A DNA stretch of 64,000 nt from Ramazzottius varieornatus (lineage: Eukaryota > Animalia > Tardigrada). The stretch covers positions 2,091,548 to 2,155,547 of the forward strand of contig BDGG01000001.1 in assembly GCA_001949185.1 (NCBI GenBank). The letters run 5' to 3'. This document shows positions 62,139-64,000 of the stretch, piece by piece; the first letter of the stretch is position 1, and each line of letters begins with the position of its first letter. A model generated the notes under the pieces. That model had not been told where the DNA came from, did not search any database, and worked only from the letters and a program-made list of their open reading frames with translations. The position numbers were made by a program, and so were the translations under genes.

Positions 62139-64000
62139 GCCACGCCCAGCTGCTATGAGTTCCTTGTGGAGCTCGAGGATCGCTCTGTGCCAGGCTACAA
62201 GAAGTTGATGGAGGAACTGAACAAGGATTCCCTCTACGTCTATGTCCACACTCGTGACCAGAAGAAGCCGACAGGCGGTGGCGAGGGCAACACGCAAAGC
62301 AACGTTCCATGGTTCCCGCGCAGGATCAAGGACTTGGATCGCTTCGCCAACCACATTTTGTCTTATGGGTCCGAACTGGAGTCGGATCACCCCGTAAGTG
62401 CCTCAAGTATTCTCAACCTGCAGCCACACTGACTAACAGCTGGTATCTTCTAGGGTTTCACCGATGAAGTGTACCGAGAACGGCGGACGGAGTTTGCCGA
62501 TATCGCATACTACTACAAACAGTACGCAAGACCTTCGCTTTGATGGGCGACGATAAACGTGCAGAGATAATATATATTTTCCGTACAGTGGCCAACCGAT
62601 TCCCCGAGTCGAATACACCGAGGAGGAAACGAAAACATGGTACGCTCTTTATACAATTATGGGACGTCTGCAAATGAACTGAGCATATCGTTATCTGAAG
62701 TGGCGCGTGCTCTCATTTGTTTTTGCTGGAGGCGTGCGCCATTTGGCAAACGATCCTTGTTAAAGTCACTTTCCGACGTCCTAAACAGATCTTGTATCCT
62801 GACGAGCTGTTCCAGGGGAGTAAAGTTTGTGATCAAGAGTTTGCTGTAACAGGGGCATTGTATTCAAAGAACTGACAAAGCTGTACCCGTCTCACGCTTG
62901 TAAAGAACACAACTACGTGTTTCCGTTGCTGGTCGAGAACTGCGGATACCGAGAGGACAACATACCTCAATTGGAGGACGTATCCAACTTCCTCAAAGGT
63001 GCGCCAAATACAGTCATTTTGCCAGCAATCTCGAAAACAAGTAGCCAACTTTTATTCCAGTCAAGTTCGGCATTCTGAGGCACGGCTTCGTGTTATTTCA
63101 GATTGCACAGGGTTCTCGATACGACCTGTTGCTGGTCTGCTGAGCTCGCGGGACTTTTTGGCTGGTCTTGGTAAGCTCTTTACGGTATAACTTAAGCCCG
63201 ACAAGCTTGACGGAACCCTGGAACTTTGTTCAGCTTTCCGTGTCTTCCATTCGACGCAATACATTCGACATGGCAGTGTTCCCATGTACACTCCAGAACC
63301 CGACGTGTGCCACGAGCTTCTGGGTAAGTCCTGTACTGTGGTACACCGGGGCTTCTCTAACTAAGCTTCTACTTTCACAGCGAAATTGTTTGTATATCAT
63401 GCAGGTCACGTACCTCTTCTGGCGGATCCCACGTTCGCACAGTTCTCGCAGGAGATCGGCATGGCCTCACTGGGCGCTCCCGACGACTGGATCGACAAGC
63501 TGGCCACGGTAAGTCCCTTCCGCTCACCGTGGTTTCCGACCGTAGAGTAAACTTGTGTCATCTATAGCTGTACTGGTTCACCGTGGAGTTTGGTATGTGC
63601 AAGGAGAAAAACACCTACAAAGCCTACGGCGCAGGACTGCTCTCATCCTTCGGGGAACTGCAGGTACAGTAGCCCACTAGCATACTGTATTCCTCGATCT
63701 CTTCGCGAACCGCGTTACTCGTGGCGCCAACTACAGGACGTACATCATCCATACATACGCGCCCATCCGCCGTACGTCATGTACGTTTCGTAGGTGGCGC
63801 CATGGGCATGAGGCTTCGCGGAGATATCGGGGGAATACAGTACATCGGGTACGCTGGTACTTGGCGAATAACCTCGCAGAGTAATGAGAGAGTATTTTTT
63901 TGCAGTATTGCTTAACGGACAAGCCAGAAAAGCGCGGATTCGACCCCGACAAGATTGCCAGCACCAAGTACCCAATCACGGAGTTCCAGCCAGTCTATTA
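62139..64000 (+). CDS. PAH: Phenylalanine 4-hydroxylase (Henna/PAH), partial; continues past the window end
   Basis: [34 protein letters not shown]; [13 protein letters not shown]; [29 protein letters not shown]; [14 protein letters not shown]; YWFTVEFG; [14 protein letters not shown]. Confidence 0.93.
62661..62781. repeat. Palindromic element (PAH intron)
   Basis: AAGTGGCGCGT (62698-62708)-N25-GTGCGCCATTT (62734-62744); outer GGGACGTCTGCAAATGAACT / TTTCCGACGTCC. Confidence 0.85.
63683..63842. mobile_element. TA-flanked palindromic MITE in PAH intron
   Basis: TACTGTATTCCTCGATCTCTTCGCGAACC..GTGGCGCCAACTAC mirrored by GTAGGTGGCGCCAT..GCTTCGCGGAGATATCGGGGGAATACAGTA. Confidence 0.8.

Noticed and set aside
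6431-62744. CRISPR-like interpretation of the fixed-length spacers
   Set aside because: Arms are inverted and dispersed rather than direct and arrayed, spacers share a common ancestor, there are no cas genes and the context is eukaryotic.

Overview
Gene-dense, intron-rich invertebrate genomic DNA with many 50-100 nt GT-AG introns. The compact architecture and gene content suggest an ecdysozoan, possibly a tardigrade; this is inference only. Genes recognised by splicing exons by eye: three paralogous single-domain chitin-binding (CBM14/peritrophin-A) genes with different low-complexity tails, an RNF115/126-type RING-H2 ligase, a multi-Tudor protein, sidekick, a Cys-rich membrane protein, a GH47 alpha-1,2-mannosidase, BCL9/legless, a tandem pair of GM2-activator/ML-like genes (second copy frameshifted), scratch, a secreted Gly/Met-rich 8-Cys protein and phenylalanine hydroxylase (runs off the window end). 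The most striking unexplained structure is a dispersed ~120-bp palindromic element with the core AAGTGGCGCAC-N25-GTGCGCCACTT. I count 16 cores, 14 with exactly 25 nt between the arms despite heavy spacer divergence, and all lie in or at the edge of transcription units. Several non-autonomous DNA transposons sit in introns, including a hAT element with a perfect 8-bp TSD and two TA-flanked MITEs. Exon boundaries and start codons are manual and approximate.
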